Below are positions 44,090-53,686 of a stretch of DNA of 53,692 bases, piece after piece. The notes beneath the pieces are model-generated. The model ran no database searches, had not been told where the DNA came from, and saw only the letters and a program-made list of their open reading frames with translations. The DNA is taken from NCBI GenBank assembly GCA_913042895.1, contig CAJWMQ010000002.1, forward strand, positions 1-53,692, given 5' to 3'. The stretch's first letter is position 1. Each line of letters begins with the position of its first letter. Position numbers and translations under genes: made by a program. The DNA is from an uncultured Verrucomicrobiales bacterium (GTDB taxonomy: Bacteria; Verrucomicrobiota; Verrucomicrobiia; Limisphaerales; UBA1100).

Positions 44090-45901
44090 ATGAGCGCTGA
44101 CGCTGCTTCCGGTTCTGGCCTAAAACTCACCCGCACCCAATGGCTGATCTGCTTCATCGCCACCATTGGCTTCCTGTTCGACATCTACGAGCTGCTGATG
44201 CTGCCGTTGATTGCCAAATCCGCTTTGCTGGATATCGCGGGCATTCAGCCGGGAACACCTGAATTTTTCACTTGGGTGGGTCGGCTCTTTTTCATTCCGG
44301 CCATTGTCGGCGGTATTTTTGGTTTAATGGGCGGCTGGCTGACCGATCGCTTTGGCCGACGGCGCGTTCTTACCTTTAGTATTTTGCTCTATGCTTTCGC
44401 GGCGTTCTTTGCGGGATTTTGCGTCAACCCATGGCAACTGCTCTTTTTCCGCTGCCTAGTGTTTATCGGTGTTTGTGTGGAATTTGTCGCTGCGGTGGCG
44501 TGGTTGGCAGAACTCTTCCCCAACGCGGTGCAACGCGAAAAAGTCTTGGGCTACACGCAGGCATTTTCATCCGTCGGTGGTTTATCCGTCGCCATCGTCA
44601 ACTACTGGCTGGCCACCAACTACATGCACCTTCCGGAAATCCCAAGTCTGTTTGGCGCCATTTCCGATGAGAGCAATCAGGCCGCCTGGCGGTACACCTT
44701 AATGAGCGGTTTGATCCCAGCCATTCCGCTGATCATCATCCGCCCCTTCCTCCCCGAATCACCGGAATGGCAGAAGAAAAAGGATGCTGGTGAATTAAAG
44801 CGCGCCAGAATAAGCGATCTTTTTTCGCCCCAACTCAAAAAGACCACCATCGTGGCAACCATCCTGTTTGCCCTCGCCTACGGCGCGGCCTTTGGATCGC
44901 TCCAGCAAATGCGGCTTATTATCCCCGACACCCCTCAAGTAGTAACCGCTGCGGCAACCGCCGCTGAAAAAGCCGAGGCCAAAGCTAAGGAAGAGGGCAA
45001 ACCTGAAAAGGTGATCAAGATTGCTGGCATAAAAGCCTCCAAAGGTGCCGAGCAAGGGGCCGCTGCCAAGGTAACCAAGGTTCAGGAGGTTGGCGGTCTG
45101 TTTGGGCGCGCAATCATGGCCTTGTTGATTGTGGCTATCATCGCTCGAGGTGCCACCAGTGTATGGGCTTTTGTTGGGTGGAGCCAGTTGGCGTTCTTCC
45201 TTGTGCTTGAGGGTATGAATGGCTTCCACGGCACGATGAATGAACATTTTGTTCGTGCCGGCAAAGGGCTGATCTATGGCGGACTCCTTGGCCTGCCTGT
45301 GTGGTTCATTTGCACCTCAGTCATCAAAGCCTTTAGGGATGCCCCATCCGGCACGGTCCTGCGCTTATTCCAACTGCCCGGCATGATTATCCTACCGTTG
45401 ACTTTTGCCTACCTCATCACCAACAGCCTTTCCACGGCCTACATCGGTATGTTCCTATGCGGCTGCCTAGTAGTCGGCCAATTTACGTTCTGGGGAAACA
45501 TGCTGCCCAAATTATTCCCGATTCATTTGCGTGGCACTGGTGAAAGCTTCGCCGCTAATATTGGAGGTCGACTGTTTGGCACCAGCTTTGCGTGGATTGC
45601 CACAACCATTGCCGCCGCATCCTTCTGGCCGGAAAGCATTTCGGGAGACGAACACGGGTCAACCCGCATGGCCTACACCGCTGCCGGCATTGGCTTCTTT
45701 ACATTCGCCTTGGGCTGGGTGGTCGCTGGATTCCTACCGGAACCGCAATTTGCCAATCATGAAGGTGGGCACGATTCCAAAGATCAAGACATCGAGGAAG
45801 AGGAAACAACTGCTCCGAGTTTTCGGTCTGATGACGAATCGGAGGAAAAATCCTCGGACGAGGATTCCAACGATGACAAGCCGGACGAGAAACCGGTGTA
45901 G
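44090..45901 (+). CDS. MFS transporter (sugar-porter-like) with large inserts and an acidic tail
   Basis: Motif A GWLTDRFGRRRVL, a PESPEW motif after TM6, and about 12 hydrophobic segments. Confidence 0.85.
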   Translation: MSADAASGSGLKLTRTQWLICFIATIGFLFDIYELLMLPLIAKSALLDIAGIQPGTPEFFTWVGRLFFIPAIVGGIFGLMGGWLTDRFGRRRVLTFSILLYAFAAFFAGFCVNPWQLLFFRCLVFIGVCVEFVAAVAWLAELFPNAVQREKVLGYTQAFSSVGGLSVAIVNYWLATNYMHLPEIPSLFGAISDESNQAAWRYTLMSGLIPAIPLIIIRPFLPESPEWQKKKDAGELKRARISDLFSPQLKKTTIVATILFALAYGAAFGSLQQMRLIIPDTPQVVTAAATAAEKAEAKAKEEGKPEKVIKIAGIKASKGAEQGAAAKVTKVQEVGGLFGRAIMALLIVAIIARGATSVWAFVGWSQLAFFLVLEGMNGFHGTMNEHFVRAGKGLIYGGLLGLPVWFICTSVIKAFRDAPSGTVLRLFQLPGMIILPLTFAYLITNSLSTAYIGMFLCGCLVVGQFTFWGNMLPKLFPIHLRGTGESFAANIGGRLFGTSFAWIATTIAAASFWPESISGDEHGSTRMAYTAAGIGFFTFALGWVVAGFLPEPQFANHEGGHDSKDQDIEEEETTAPSFRSDDESEEKSSDEDSNDDKPDEKPV

Positions 45902-45904
45902 CGG

Positions 45905-47455
45905 TTACTTTTCTTTAGTGCCGTAATATTCCCTGGGGAAATCCGCTGGGCGGGAACGCTCGGGGTGTCGCAGAGGAAAGGTCGGGCCACGATCCGGGGC
46001 CAGACGCAGACTGAGACCTCTGGATTCTTTCAGTAGTTCAAACAGACGCATATTAAGGCGTTCCACCACCGGTGCATGGGCTTTACTGAAGATCAGGTTT
46101 ATTGTTTCATCGGGATCCGCCTCTAGATCGTAGAGTTCGTTCACATCCCACAGACCGTGGTAGCGGATGTATTTGTAACGCTCCCCGCGCACAGCGTGGA
46201 TGGTTGGGGTGTGAGGGTAGTTGCGTTCCCAAAAATATTCATACAACACATAATCCCGCCACGGCACATCCCGCCCCGTGGCGATGGGCCAAAAGCTACT
46301 GCCATCGAACTGCCCCTTTGGCGGGCGCAATCCCGCCGCATCGATCAGCGTTGGCCCGATATCGATATTCGCCACCACCTTTTTCATCGTGCTGCCGGCT
46401 CGGATTACTTCCGGGCAATGCATGAGCAGCGGCACGCGCATGGAATGTTCGTAGGCCGTGCGTTTATCGATCAAGCCATGTTCGCCAAACTGAAAACCGT
46501 TGTCACCCATGTACACCAACAGCGTTCGGTCCAACTCGCCGCTTTTTTTTAGATGCCCCATCACGGAACCCACATGATCATCCACCGCCAATAAAGTTTC
46601 GCAGTAACGAAGGTAATAATTGTTGAGATCAAAGTCCGGCAGGTTGTAGGCAAAATCCACACCGTGCCGACTGTTACGTTGGTTCTTCAACCACATCGGT
46701 TTGTCGACGTAGTTAGCCTTGGTATTGGCAAAGGTCTTGGGCAACGGCATGCGCTTATCCTTGTACCGCCCGAGATGGCGATCGGCCGCCACGAAATCGG
46801 CGTGCACAGCCTTGTGGGAAATCATCAGAAAGAACGGCCGCTTGTCTTTACGTTCCTTAAGCCAATCCAGAGAATACTCGGTCAACTCATCCGTGATGTA
46901 CCCCTTCTGCGGCACTCGCTTGCCGTTGACGTTGAAGCCGTCGTAGCTGTTCTGGGGCACCTTACGGCTCGTGCCGCGGCCATCGGCCCAATACGTGCCC
47001 TGCCCTTTGAAACTTACCCAATGATCAAACCCCGGTTGCCGATGATCAATGTTGCCGCCCATATGCCATTTGCCAATAAACGCTGTATTATATCCATTGG
47101 CTTGTAGATATTGCGGAAAGTACACGAGCCCTTTAGGCAGTGGATTGTAGTTATCTACCACCCCGTGGTTGTGCGCGTATTTACCGGTGAGAATACTGGC
47201 GCGACTGGGCGAACATAGCGAGGTGGTGACAAACGCATTCGTAAAATGAGCCCCGCCTTTGGCCATCGCGTCCAGATGCGGCGTCTCCAAAAACGGATGC
47301 CCCACAAACCCCATCGCATCAAAGCGATGATCATCCGTCAGAATGAAGATAATGTTCCGCGGCTCCCCATCCTTTGTCGGCGGCAGTTTAAATCCCGCCG
47401 CGTCACTCGATAGCACTGCACACAGCAGTGCCCATGACCAAACAATCCGTTTCAT
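45905..47455 (-). CDS. Formylglycine-dependent sulfatase (arylsulfatase A / N-acetylglucosamine-6-sulfatase-like)
   Basis: Signal peptide, IIFILTDDHRFD, and the CSPSRASILTGKY (C-x-P-x-R) active-site motif. Confidence 0.9.
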   Translation of the reverse strand: MKRIVWSWALLCAVLSSDAAGFKLPPTKDGEPRNIIFILTDDHRFDAMGFVGHPFLETPHLDAMAKGGAHFTNAFVTTSLCSPSRASILTGKYAHNHGVVDNYNPLPKGLVYFPQYLQANGYNTAFIGKWHMGGNIDHRQPGFDHWVSFKGQGTYWADGRGTSRKVPQNSYDGFNVNGKRVPQKGYITDELTEYSLDWLKERKDKRPFFLMISHKAVHADFVAADRHLGRYKDKRMPLPKTFANTKANYVDKPMWLKNQRNSRHGVDFAYNLPDFDLNNYYLRYCETLLAVDDHVGSVMGHLKKSGELDRTLLVYMGDNGFQFGEHGLIDKRTAYEHSMRVPLLMHCPEVIRAGSTMKKVVANIDIGPTLIDAAGLRPPKGQFDGSSFWPIATGRDVPWRDYVLYEYFWERNYPHTPTIHAVRGERYKYIRYHGLWDVNELYDLEADPDETINLIFSKAHAPVVERLNMRLFELLKESRGLSLRLAPDRGPTFPLRHPERSRPADFPREYYGTKEK

Positions 47456-47459
47456 AAGT

Positions 47460-48452
47460 TCAGAGTTTTAAAATTATTTTACCGGCCAAGGTGCCGGCGC
47501 CGTGAATGGTGTTTTCCTCCTGCAACCGATGGGCCACCGCCGCTTCGGCCAGCGGCAGAGTCCGATCAATATTTGCCCGCAGCTTACCTTCGGCCAGCCA
47601 GCGATTGAGATCTTCACCGCATTGCCGTTGCTCGGCGGCAGAATAATTGAACATCGCAAACCCATGCAGTTCGCAGTCCTTCACGTAAAACGGCCCGACC
47701 GGAAACACGGGCCGCGCCTCGCGTCCAGCCATCACCACCATCCGACCCCGCTTGGCCAGCAACGGTACGGCCCATTCGAAATCCGCTTCACGTCGCGTTT
47801 CCCATAGCACATTCACCCCGTCGGGTGCCAAGGCTTGCACTCGGGCGGTTACGTCCTCGGTGTTGTAATGAATCACTTCGTCCGCCCCCAATTTTTTGGC
47901 TTTCGCTACCCGATCATCACTACCGGCCGTGGCTATCACTCGCGCATCCAGTGCCTTACCGATCTGTACGACCATTGAGCCCACGCCGCCTGCGCCGCCG
48001 TTCACCAACACCGTTTCGCCAGCTTGCACTTTGGCCCTCAGAACCATACCGATATGCGCAGTGATGCCTACCAAGGCCACGGCCGCCGCATCCTCCGCGC
48101 TCACGTTCTCAGGAATGGCATGTAAATAATCCGCCGCCACACAGGCCCGCTCTGCGGAAGTGCCCTGCCGGCCAAGCAACCCCTGGTTGCTCGCCCAGAC
48201 ACGATCGCCTGCAGTCCAACCGGAGACGCCTTCGCCGACCTCAATCACTTCCCCCGCCAAATCGCTGCCAATCACAAACGGCATCGGCAGCTCCATCGGC
48301 ACCAGGCCGCCGCGAATGTAGGTATCAATCGGATTCACCGAAGCGGCTTGGACGCGGACCAACACTTCACCGGCACCCGGTTTGGGGTTGGGCAGTTCGC
48401 CCACTTGGATCTGCTCCGGCCCGCCGGTCTCGGTAATGTAAGCCGCCTGCAC
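47460..48452 (-). CDS. qor: NADPH:quinone oxidoreductase / zeta-crystallin family MDR
   Basis: GEVLVRVQAASVNPIDTYIRGG and VNGGAGGVGS motifs. The GTG start forms a TAGTG overlap with the upstream stop. Confidence 0.85.
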   Translation of the reverse strand: MQAAYITETGGPEQIQVGELPNPKPGAGEVLVRVQAASVNPIDTYIRGGLVPMELPMPFVIGSDLAGEVIEVGEGVSGWTAGDRVWASNQGLLGRQGTSAERACVAADYLHAIPENVSAEDAAAVALVGITAHIGMVLRAKVQAGETVLVNGGAGGVGSMVVQIGKALDARVIATAGSDDRVAKAKKLGADEVIHYNTEDVTARVQALAPDGVNVLWETRREADFEWAVPLLAKRGRMVVMAGREARPVFPVGPFYVKDCELHGFAMFNYSAAEQRQCGEDLNRWLAEGKLRANIDRTLPLAEAAVAHRLQEENTIHGAGTLAGKIILKL

Positions 48453-49480
48453 TAGTCCATCTCCTCCAATTGCGGCAGCTCAATTTGCTGGCCACTTTCG
48501 GCGGCTTGCGCGCCAAGCGACAGGATCTCCTGCGCATCTCGGCAATGTCCGGCGCGGCAGAGGGGATGAAAGGCTTCGTCGGTCTCGATGCCATGCAGAA
48601 AATGGGCGATGGGTTGGCGTTGATGCGCAGCCAGCTCCGGCACTTCAATCTCGAAGCCTTCGGGTTGCTCCTTTGTGGCCTTCAAGAGACGACCGTTTTC
48701 TGGCTCGGCCAGCAGCGTTCCTTCGCTGCCATAAATGATGGTGCGATAGTGGGTCATCTTATCAACCTGCGTCCAGCTCGCTTCAGCGATGCAAATGGCC
48801 TTAGGATATTGCATCAACAGCACGGCGTTATCCTCGGCATCCAGATCGGTTTTAAGCAATTGCCCCGCCACAGCGGTGACACTGCGCGGTCGGCCGAGCA
48901 ACACACGGGACAGTACGGCGCCGTAGCAACAGTAATCCAGCAGCGCTCCGCCGCCATTGCGATTGGGGTCGTACAGCCAATCACAAAAATGTTCGCTGGC
49001 GCCCATCTCCTTGGGGCCCTGATGCGCGGCACGGTAGCGCACCTGCCACACCTCACCGATCTCACCGCTTTGCGCGAGCGCCAGAGCGTGCTGCACCTGA
49101 GGCCACCAAGCGATAGGCCAGTTCACCATCAACCGTTTGCCGGTGGTATCGGCGGCCTGCAATAATTCGTCTGCGCCGGCCAGATCAGCGGCCAACGGTT
49201 TTTCGATCAATACATGCCAGCCGCGTTCGAGGGCCTTTTTACCTTCCTCTGCGCCGGACCGATTGTTCCCGTATATGAGAACCGCATCGAGCTGCTCGGA
49301 GGCAGCCATCTCCTGCGAGTCGGTATAAATCTGAACGGCATACTCCTTGGCAGCACGATCCAGAAGCGGACGCTGTAGACTGCAGGCGGCGACCAGCTCG
49401 ACTTGTTCGTTTTCCCTCAGCTCCGGAAGCACATCCCACACGTGATCGTGTGAAAGACCGATGATGCCAAAACGTGTCAT
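48452..49480 (-). CDS. Gfo/Idh/MocA-family oxidoreductase
   Basis: N-terminal Rossmann fold TRFGIIGLSHDH and an EKPLA motif. Length is 342 aa. Confidence 0.85.
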   Translation of the reverse strand: MTRFGIIGLSHDHVWDVLPELRENEQVELVAACSLQRPLLDRAAKEYAVQIYTDSQEMAASEQLDAVLIYGNNRSGAEEGKKALERGWHVLIEKPLAADLAGADELLQAADTTGKRLMVNWPIAWWPQVQHALALAQSGEIGEVWQVRYRAAHQGPKEMGASEHFCDWLYDPNRNGGGALLDYCCYGAVLSRVLLGRPRSVTAVAGQLLKTDLDAEDNAVLLMQYPKAICIAEASWTQVDKMTHYRTIIYGSEGTLLAEPENGRLLKATKEQPEGFEIEVPELAAHQRQPIAHFLHGIETDEAFHPLCRAGHCRDAQEILSLGAQAAESGQQIELPQLEEMD

Positions 49481-49567
49481 GCGAAGAGTGTGCGCGGATT
49501 ACTCGGCCGCCTCAATCCCCAATTCATTTCGCCTTGCTCCCAAACCGGTTTCGCGCACACTCGCTGC

Positions 49568-50446
49568 ATGCGCTTGCTACTGTTTACGGTCGTCCTATTC
49601 CAGCTCCTCACACCGGCTCACGCAATTGAGGCATGGAAATCCATGAATCTCTGGCCCGGCAAAGCTCCGGGGGAAACGTATGAACTCCCGGCGGAAGCCG
49701 AACAACCGGCGCGTCCCGGCCAAAAACAGGTCATCCGGATCGGCAATGTCAGCACCCCGATGCTGTCGGTATTCAAACCCAAGAACCCCAATGGCACGGC
49801 CGTGGTGATTTGCCCGGGCGGCGGCTACAATATCTTGGCGTGGGATCTTGAAGGAACGGAAGTGGCCGAATGGTTAAACGGCATTGGCGTGACGGCGATT
49901 GTGTTAAAGTACCGGGTACCTCGCCGCAAAGACCGTGAGAAACACAATGCGCCGTTGCAGGACGCCCAACGCACCTTGGCCTTAACGCGCCATAACGCCA
50001 AGGCATGGGGTATCAATCCCGAACGCATAGGAATTCTGGGCTTTTCCGCAGGCGGCCATTTAACGGCCACAGCAATGACCAGTTGGAGGAAACGAACTTA
50101 CCCCGCCGTAGATGAAGCCTGCCACTACAGTTGCCGACCGGATTTCGGCATCCTAGTATACCCGGCCTATCTCGTAGATAATGAAACAAAAACCAAACTC
50201 GCACCAGAGGTACCGGTGGACAAGGACACCCCGCCCGCCATTTTCATCCATGCCGGCGATGACCGGGTGACCGCCGACAACAGCGTGCAAATGTGGCTGG
50301 CCATGCGGCGCGCGGGCGTACATTCCGAGCTGCACGTGTTTCCCCACGGCGGCCACGGCTACGGCCTGCGCCCCTCCGTCGATCCCGTTTCCAAATGGCC
50401 CAAACTGGTGGAGGCTTGGCTCAAGCGCACCGCGCTGGTGAAGTAG
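49568..50446 (+). CDS. Secreted alpha/beta hydrolase (esterase/lipase type)
   Basis: Signal peptide MRLLLFTVVLFQLLTPAHA, oxyanion-hole motif CPGGGY, nucleophile elbow GFSAGGH, and a distal GGHGY. Confidence 0.8.
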   Translation: MRLLLFTVVLFQLLTPAHAIEAWKSMNLWPGKAPGETYELPAEAEQPARPGQKQVIRIGNVSTPMLSVFKPKNPNGTAVVICPGGGYNILAWDLEGTEVAEWLNGIGVTAIVLKYRVPRRKDREKHNAPLQDAQRTLALTRHNAKAWGINPERIGILGFSAGGHLTATAMTSWRKRTYPAVDEACHYSCRPDFGILVYPAYLVDNETKTKLAPEVPVDKDTPPAIFIHAGDDRVTADNSVQMWLAMRRAGVHSELHVFPHGGHGYGLRPSVDPVSKWPKLVEAWLKRTALVK

Positions 50447-51340
50447 TTATTTTATCCAAAGCTTGTTGGGCGGAATAATCTCCTGCGTGGGACGAGTCAA
50501 ATTTTCGTTGATGCCCTTGAACATCCCGCCGGTCGCCTTACCGTGTGCGTGCAATACTGAGGCCAAGTCCGCGTTGTTGCCCAGCTTTACACTGCCATCC
50601 GCGCGCACGAATTGCCCCTGACTAACCCCGAGCCCAGCCATGGCGTAGTTTTGTAAACGCACAGGATCGGGCTCATGATTTCCGACAAAAGCCTGACTCG
50701 CCTGTCCGGCACTGGCGGTGTGAAGAGCCATGCCCAAGTAATCCTTGTAGGACGGCACGGCCGGCCCTGCGGGATAATCAAATTCATAACAGGCTTCTCC
50801 GGCAATATTGCGAGTGACCGCCAACAGCGTTGAAGGGCGCTGCATGTCACTGCCCAAGTGCAACGCGTAGCTGAGCGATCGATAATCCATATGCACATGC
50901 ACGCCATCAAAGGCATGGCCGAACCCATCCCATTTGCCATGCTGGATTTCCTTATCAATCCACGAATGCGTTTCCGGATCCACGGGTGACGCCAACAGCT
51001 GTGCCGTACCGAGCTCCTCACGGATTGGAGCCGGCAGAAAAAGAAACTGCACATCCCACAAATGATGCGCGCCTGTATGCCTAGTGCCATACAAGCTCTG
51101 CCACAGCTGTTCGCCTTGGTGATGTGTCAACAACCACGGCAGGCGGCCATCGTAATCATTGGCGAAGAGCGTAAACGCCATGTGAACCTGTTTAAGGTTG
51201 TTGCCGCATTTCATCCGGTTCGCCTTCACCTTGGCCTTGGCCAGAGATGGCAGCAGCATGCCCGCGAGCAAACCGATAATCGCCACCACCACCAACAGTT
51301 CCACAAGGGTAAAACCAGATTTTCCAGAGCGTTTCAGCAT
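50447..51340 (-). CDS. DUF1559-type protein with a prepilin-type N-terminal cleavage/methylation domain
   Basis: MLKRSGKSG-FTLVELLVVVAIIGLLAGMLLPSLAKAK, then CGNNLKQV and a C-terminal FVRADGSV. This is typical of the PVC pseudopilin-like family. Confidence 0.8.
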   Translation of the reverse strand: MLKRSGKSGFTLVELLVVVAIIGLLAGMLLPSLAKAKVKANRMKCGNNLKQVHMAFTLFANDYDGRLPWLLTHHQGEQLWQSLYGTRHTGAHHLWDVQFLFLPAPIREELGTAQLLASPVDPETHSWIDKEIQHGKWDGFGHAFDGVHVHMDYRSLSYALHLGSDMQRPSTLLAVTRNIAGEACYEFDYPAGPAVPSYKDYLGMALHTASAGQASQAFVGNHEPDPVRLQNYAMAGLGVSQGQFVRADGSVKLGNNADLASVLHAHGKATGGMFKGINENLTRPTQEIIPPNKLWIK

Positions 51341-51406
51341 GTCCGAGGATAATCGGCTATTTCCTGTATGATTGCAATCCGGCAACGATTCCCCAATGCT
51401 TCGGAG

Positions 51407-52531
51407 ATGAAAACCGCTGCTGCTGTCCTACACGAGATAGAGCGTCCGATGCCTTATGCAGACTCCAGGCCGATGGTCATTGAGGAGCTCGATCTGGATG
51501 GCCCCGGCGAAGGCGAGGTGTTGGTGGAAATGAAAGGTGCCGGCCTGTGCCATTCGGACTTATCCGTGATCAACGGTTCGCGTCCACGCCCAATGCCAAT
51601 GGTGCTTGGCCATGAAGCAAGCGGAATTGTCCGCGAAGTTGGGACGGGTGTTCGTGGCCTGAAACCGGATGATCATGTAATTTTCACCTTCATTCCCAGC
51701 TGTGATCACTGTCGGTATTGCAAGGAGGGCAAACCCTCACTCTGCGAACCTGGCGCCGAAGCGAATAATGCCGGCGTACTGATGAACGGGGCTCAACGCT
51801 TCAGCAACAAAGGCCGATCCTATTTCCATCACTGCGGCGTGAGCGGTTACTCACAATACACCATTGCCCTCCCCGGTTCTCTGGTAAAGATTGATTCCAC
51901 CCTCCCTTTTGAGTATGCGACACTCTTTGGTTGCGCGGTGATGACCGGTACAGGCGCAGCGATGAACACCGCAAATATTCGACCTCACCAAACTGTTGCA
52001 GTTTTTGGATTAGGCGGAGTAGGTCTGGCTGCCTTAATGGGCGCTAAAGCCTGTAACGCTGGTCAAATTATTGCCGTTGATTTACTGAACTCAAAACTCG
52101 AAATGGCCAAGAAATTGGGGGCGACACATACGGTTAATGCTAAAGAGAGCAATCCCATAGAGGTTATTAAAGATCTCACGCACGGCGGGGTAGATATTGC
52201 CATCGAAAGTGCTGGGAACTCGACAGTGCTAGCACAGGCGTACGAATCCACCATGCGCGGCGGAACCACCATTGCCATTGGCCTACCGCACCCAGATCAC
52301 AAATTAAGTATTCCAGCTGTGACTCTCAGTGCGATGGAAAAAACAATTACAGGATCCTACCAGGGTAGTTGCGTCCCAACGCGAGATATTCCAAAGTTCA
52401 TAGATATGTATCATGCTGGCCAATTACCCGTGGACCAATTGCTCACTGACACCATTTCGCTAGAGGATATCAACACCGGCTTTGATCGCCTACACAAGGG
52501 CGAGGTGGCGCGGCAAGTGATTTTATTTTAA
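51407..52531 (+). CDS. Zinc-dependent alcohol dehydrogenase (MDR, class III-like)
   Basis: GLCHSDLS, GHEASGIV, a structural-zinc Cys cluster (C..C..C.......C) and GLGGVGL. Confidence 0.9.
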   Translation: MKTAAAVLHEIERPMPYADSRPMVIEELDLDGPGEGEVLVEMKGAGLCHSDLSVINGSRPRPMPMVLGHEASGIVREVGTGVRGLKPDDHVIFTFIPSCDHCRYCKEGKPSLCEPGAEANNAGVLMNGAQRFSNKGRSYFHHCGVSGYSQYTIALPGSLVKIDSTLPFEYATLFGCAVMTGTGAAMNTANIRPHQTVAVFGLGGVGLAALMGAKACNAGQIIAVDLLNSKLEMAKKLGATHTVNAKESNPIEVIKDLTHGGVDIAIESAGNSTVLAQAYESTMRGGTTIAIGLPHPDHKLSIPAVTLSAMEKTITGSYQGSCVPTRDIPKFIDMYHAGQLPVDQLLTDTISLEDINTGFDRLHKGEVARQVILF

Positions 52532-52580
52532 GGTCTAAGCAATGGACTTTGATGTTTTACCAAAACCCAGATTTCACTAG

Positions 52581-52637
52581 GATAATCAGGGTAGTGCACG
52601 GTGTGCTCATTATTTTATCAGGGCGACCACTGATAAA
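52581..52637. promoter_or_regulatory. Candidate Fur-family operator: inverted repeat plus GATAAT-like hexamers
   Basis: Perfect inverted repeat TTTATCAG-N8-CTGATAAA (52614-52637). Also GATAAT at 52581-52586 and CATTAT at 52608-52613, in the AT-rich gap upstream of merC-like/fur. Confidence 0.3.
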
Positions 52638-52719
52638 GTTGCGCGGTGTGATCCCCTCCTTAGGCATATTGGTTTACTTATTGAAATAAACTTGCAATTA
52701 AGTGGAGTAACATGGAACT

Positions 52720-53220
52720 GTGATTCTCTTTCTCGACATGCAGGCGGAACAAGCAATAGATTTAAAGTTATTGAACGTGGGCAAACGAACCTTGCTCGAT
52801 CGCATCGGCATGATTGCCTCCACGCTGTGCGCGATCCACTGCATTCTAATGCCGTGGCTGCTGATGATTGCCCCGGTTCTGACGGGCACGATTTTCACTG
52901 ATGCCAAACTCGAGAACGTTTTTGTAGTCTTTTCCATTTTACTGGCAGGATTTTGCGGATTCAGAGGTTATTTGAAACATGGCAAGTGGGCAGTAATGGC
53001 CCTCATTGCCACGGGGGGCGCGACCTTGACTGTCGTCCGCATGACTGCCCCAGCGATCTGCTGCCTTGATGATATAAGCTGGACGCACGCAACGGGGTCC
53101 GCATTTGGCGGCAGTCTCTTAGCCACATCGCATTTTCTGAATTTGAAATACTCCCGACAGGTTGATTCCGAAGAAAACCTTCCCTGCTGCCCGTCTAAAA
53201 AATGTTCAGCACATAAATAA
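52720..53220 (+). CDS. MerC-domain membrane protein (metal-handling family)
   Basis: LDRIGMIASTLCAIHCILMPWLL and GFRGYLKHGKW match the MerC-family N-terminus. Cys-rich tail PCCPSKKCSAH. Start is either the GTG at 52720 (GGAG 12 nt upstream) or the ATG at 52738. Confidence 0.7.
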   Translation: MILFLDMQAEQAIDLKLLNVGKRTLLDRIGMIASTLCAIHCILMPWLLMIAPVLTGTIFTDAKLENVFVVFSILLAGFCGFRGYLKHGKWAVMALIATGGATLTVVRMTAPAICCLDDISWTHATGSAFGGSLLATSHFLNLKYSRQVDSEENLPCCPSKKCSAHK

Positions 53221-53239
53221 TCAAACCATTTTTGCCAAA

Positions 53240-53686
53240 GTGGCGCACTCACACTCCCATGAGCATGATTTGATCGATCTTCGCGCAAAGTTGCGCGGCA
53301 AAGACCGCAGGATCACCAAGCCGCGGGAAGAGATTCTTGAGCTGCTCGGAAAAGAGGACCACCCGGTCACGGCCAAGTTTATCCACGAAAAGCTGAGCGG
53401 TACCTGCGATTTGGTAACTGTTTACCGCTCTCTCAAGCTACTCGAATCCATGAGCTTGGTGAAACGTTTTAACTTTGGAGACAACACCACTCGGTTTGAA
53501 TTAATTTCCTCTACTGACCACGGCCATCACCACCATTTGATCTGCAAAGCATGCCGAACCGTTGTAGAAATCGACGAATGCTTTGATCCGAGCATGGAAT
53601 CCAAAATCGCCAAAAAACACGGCTTCCACAACGTCACCCATGAGTTGGAATTCTTCGGCATTTGCTCCAGCTGCCAAGCTACCTGA
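53240..53686 (+). CDS. Fur-family metalloregulator (Fur/Zur/PerR type not resolved)
   Basis: RITKPREEILELL, VYRSL, DHGHHHHLICKACRTVVEIDEC and FFGICSSC (two CxxC pairs). The start is uncertain: GTG at 53240, while the ORF opens at 53162. Confidence 0.85.
   Translation: MAHSHSHEHDLIDLRAKLRGKDRRITKPREEILELLGKEDHPVTAKFIHEKLSGTCDLVTVYRSLKLLESMSLVKRFNFGDNTTRFELISSTDHGHHHHLICKACRTVVEIDECFDPSMESKIAKKHGFHNVTHELEFFGICSSCQAT

Noticed and set aside
43960-44184. The N-terminal 75-codon extension of the purU ORF.
   Set aside because: The ACT domain starts at the ATG at 43959. The extension would overlap the divergent MFS gene start region and has no homology pattern, so it is treated as promoter/intergenic DNA.
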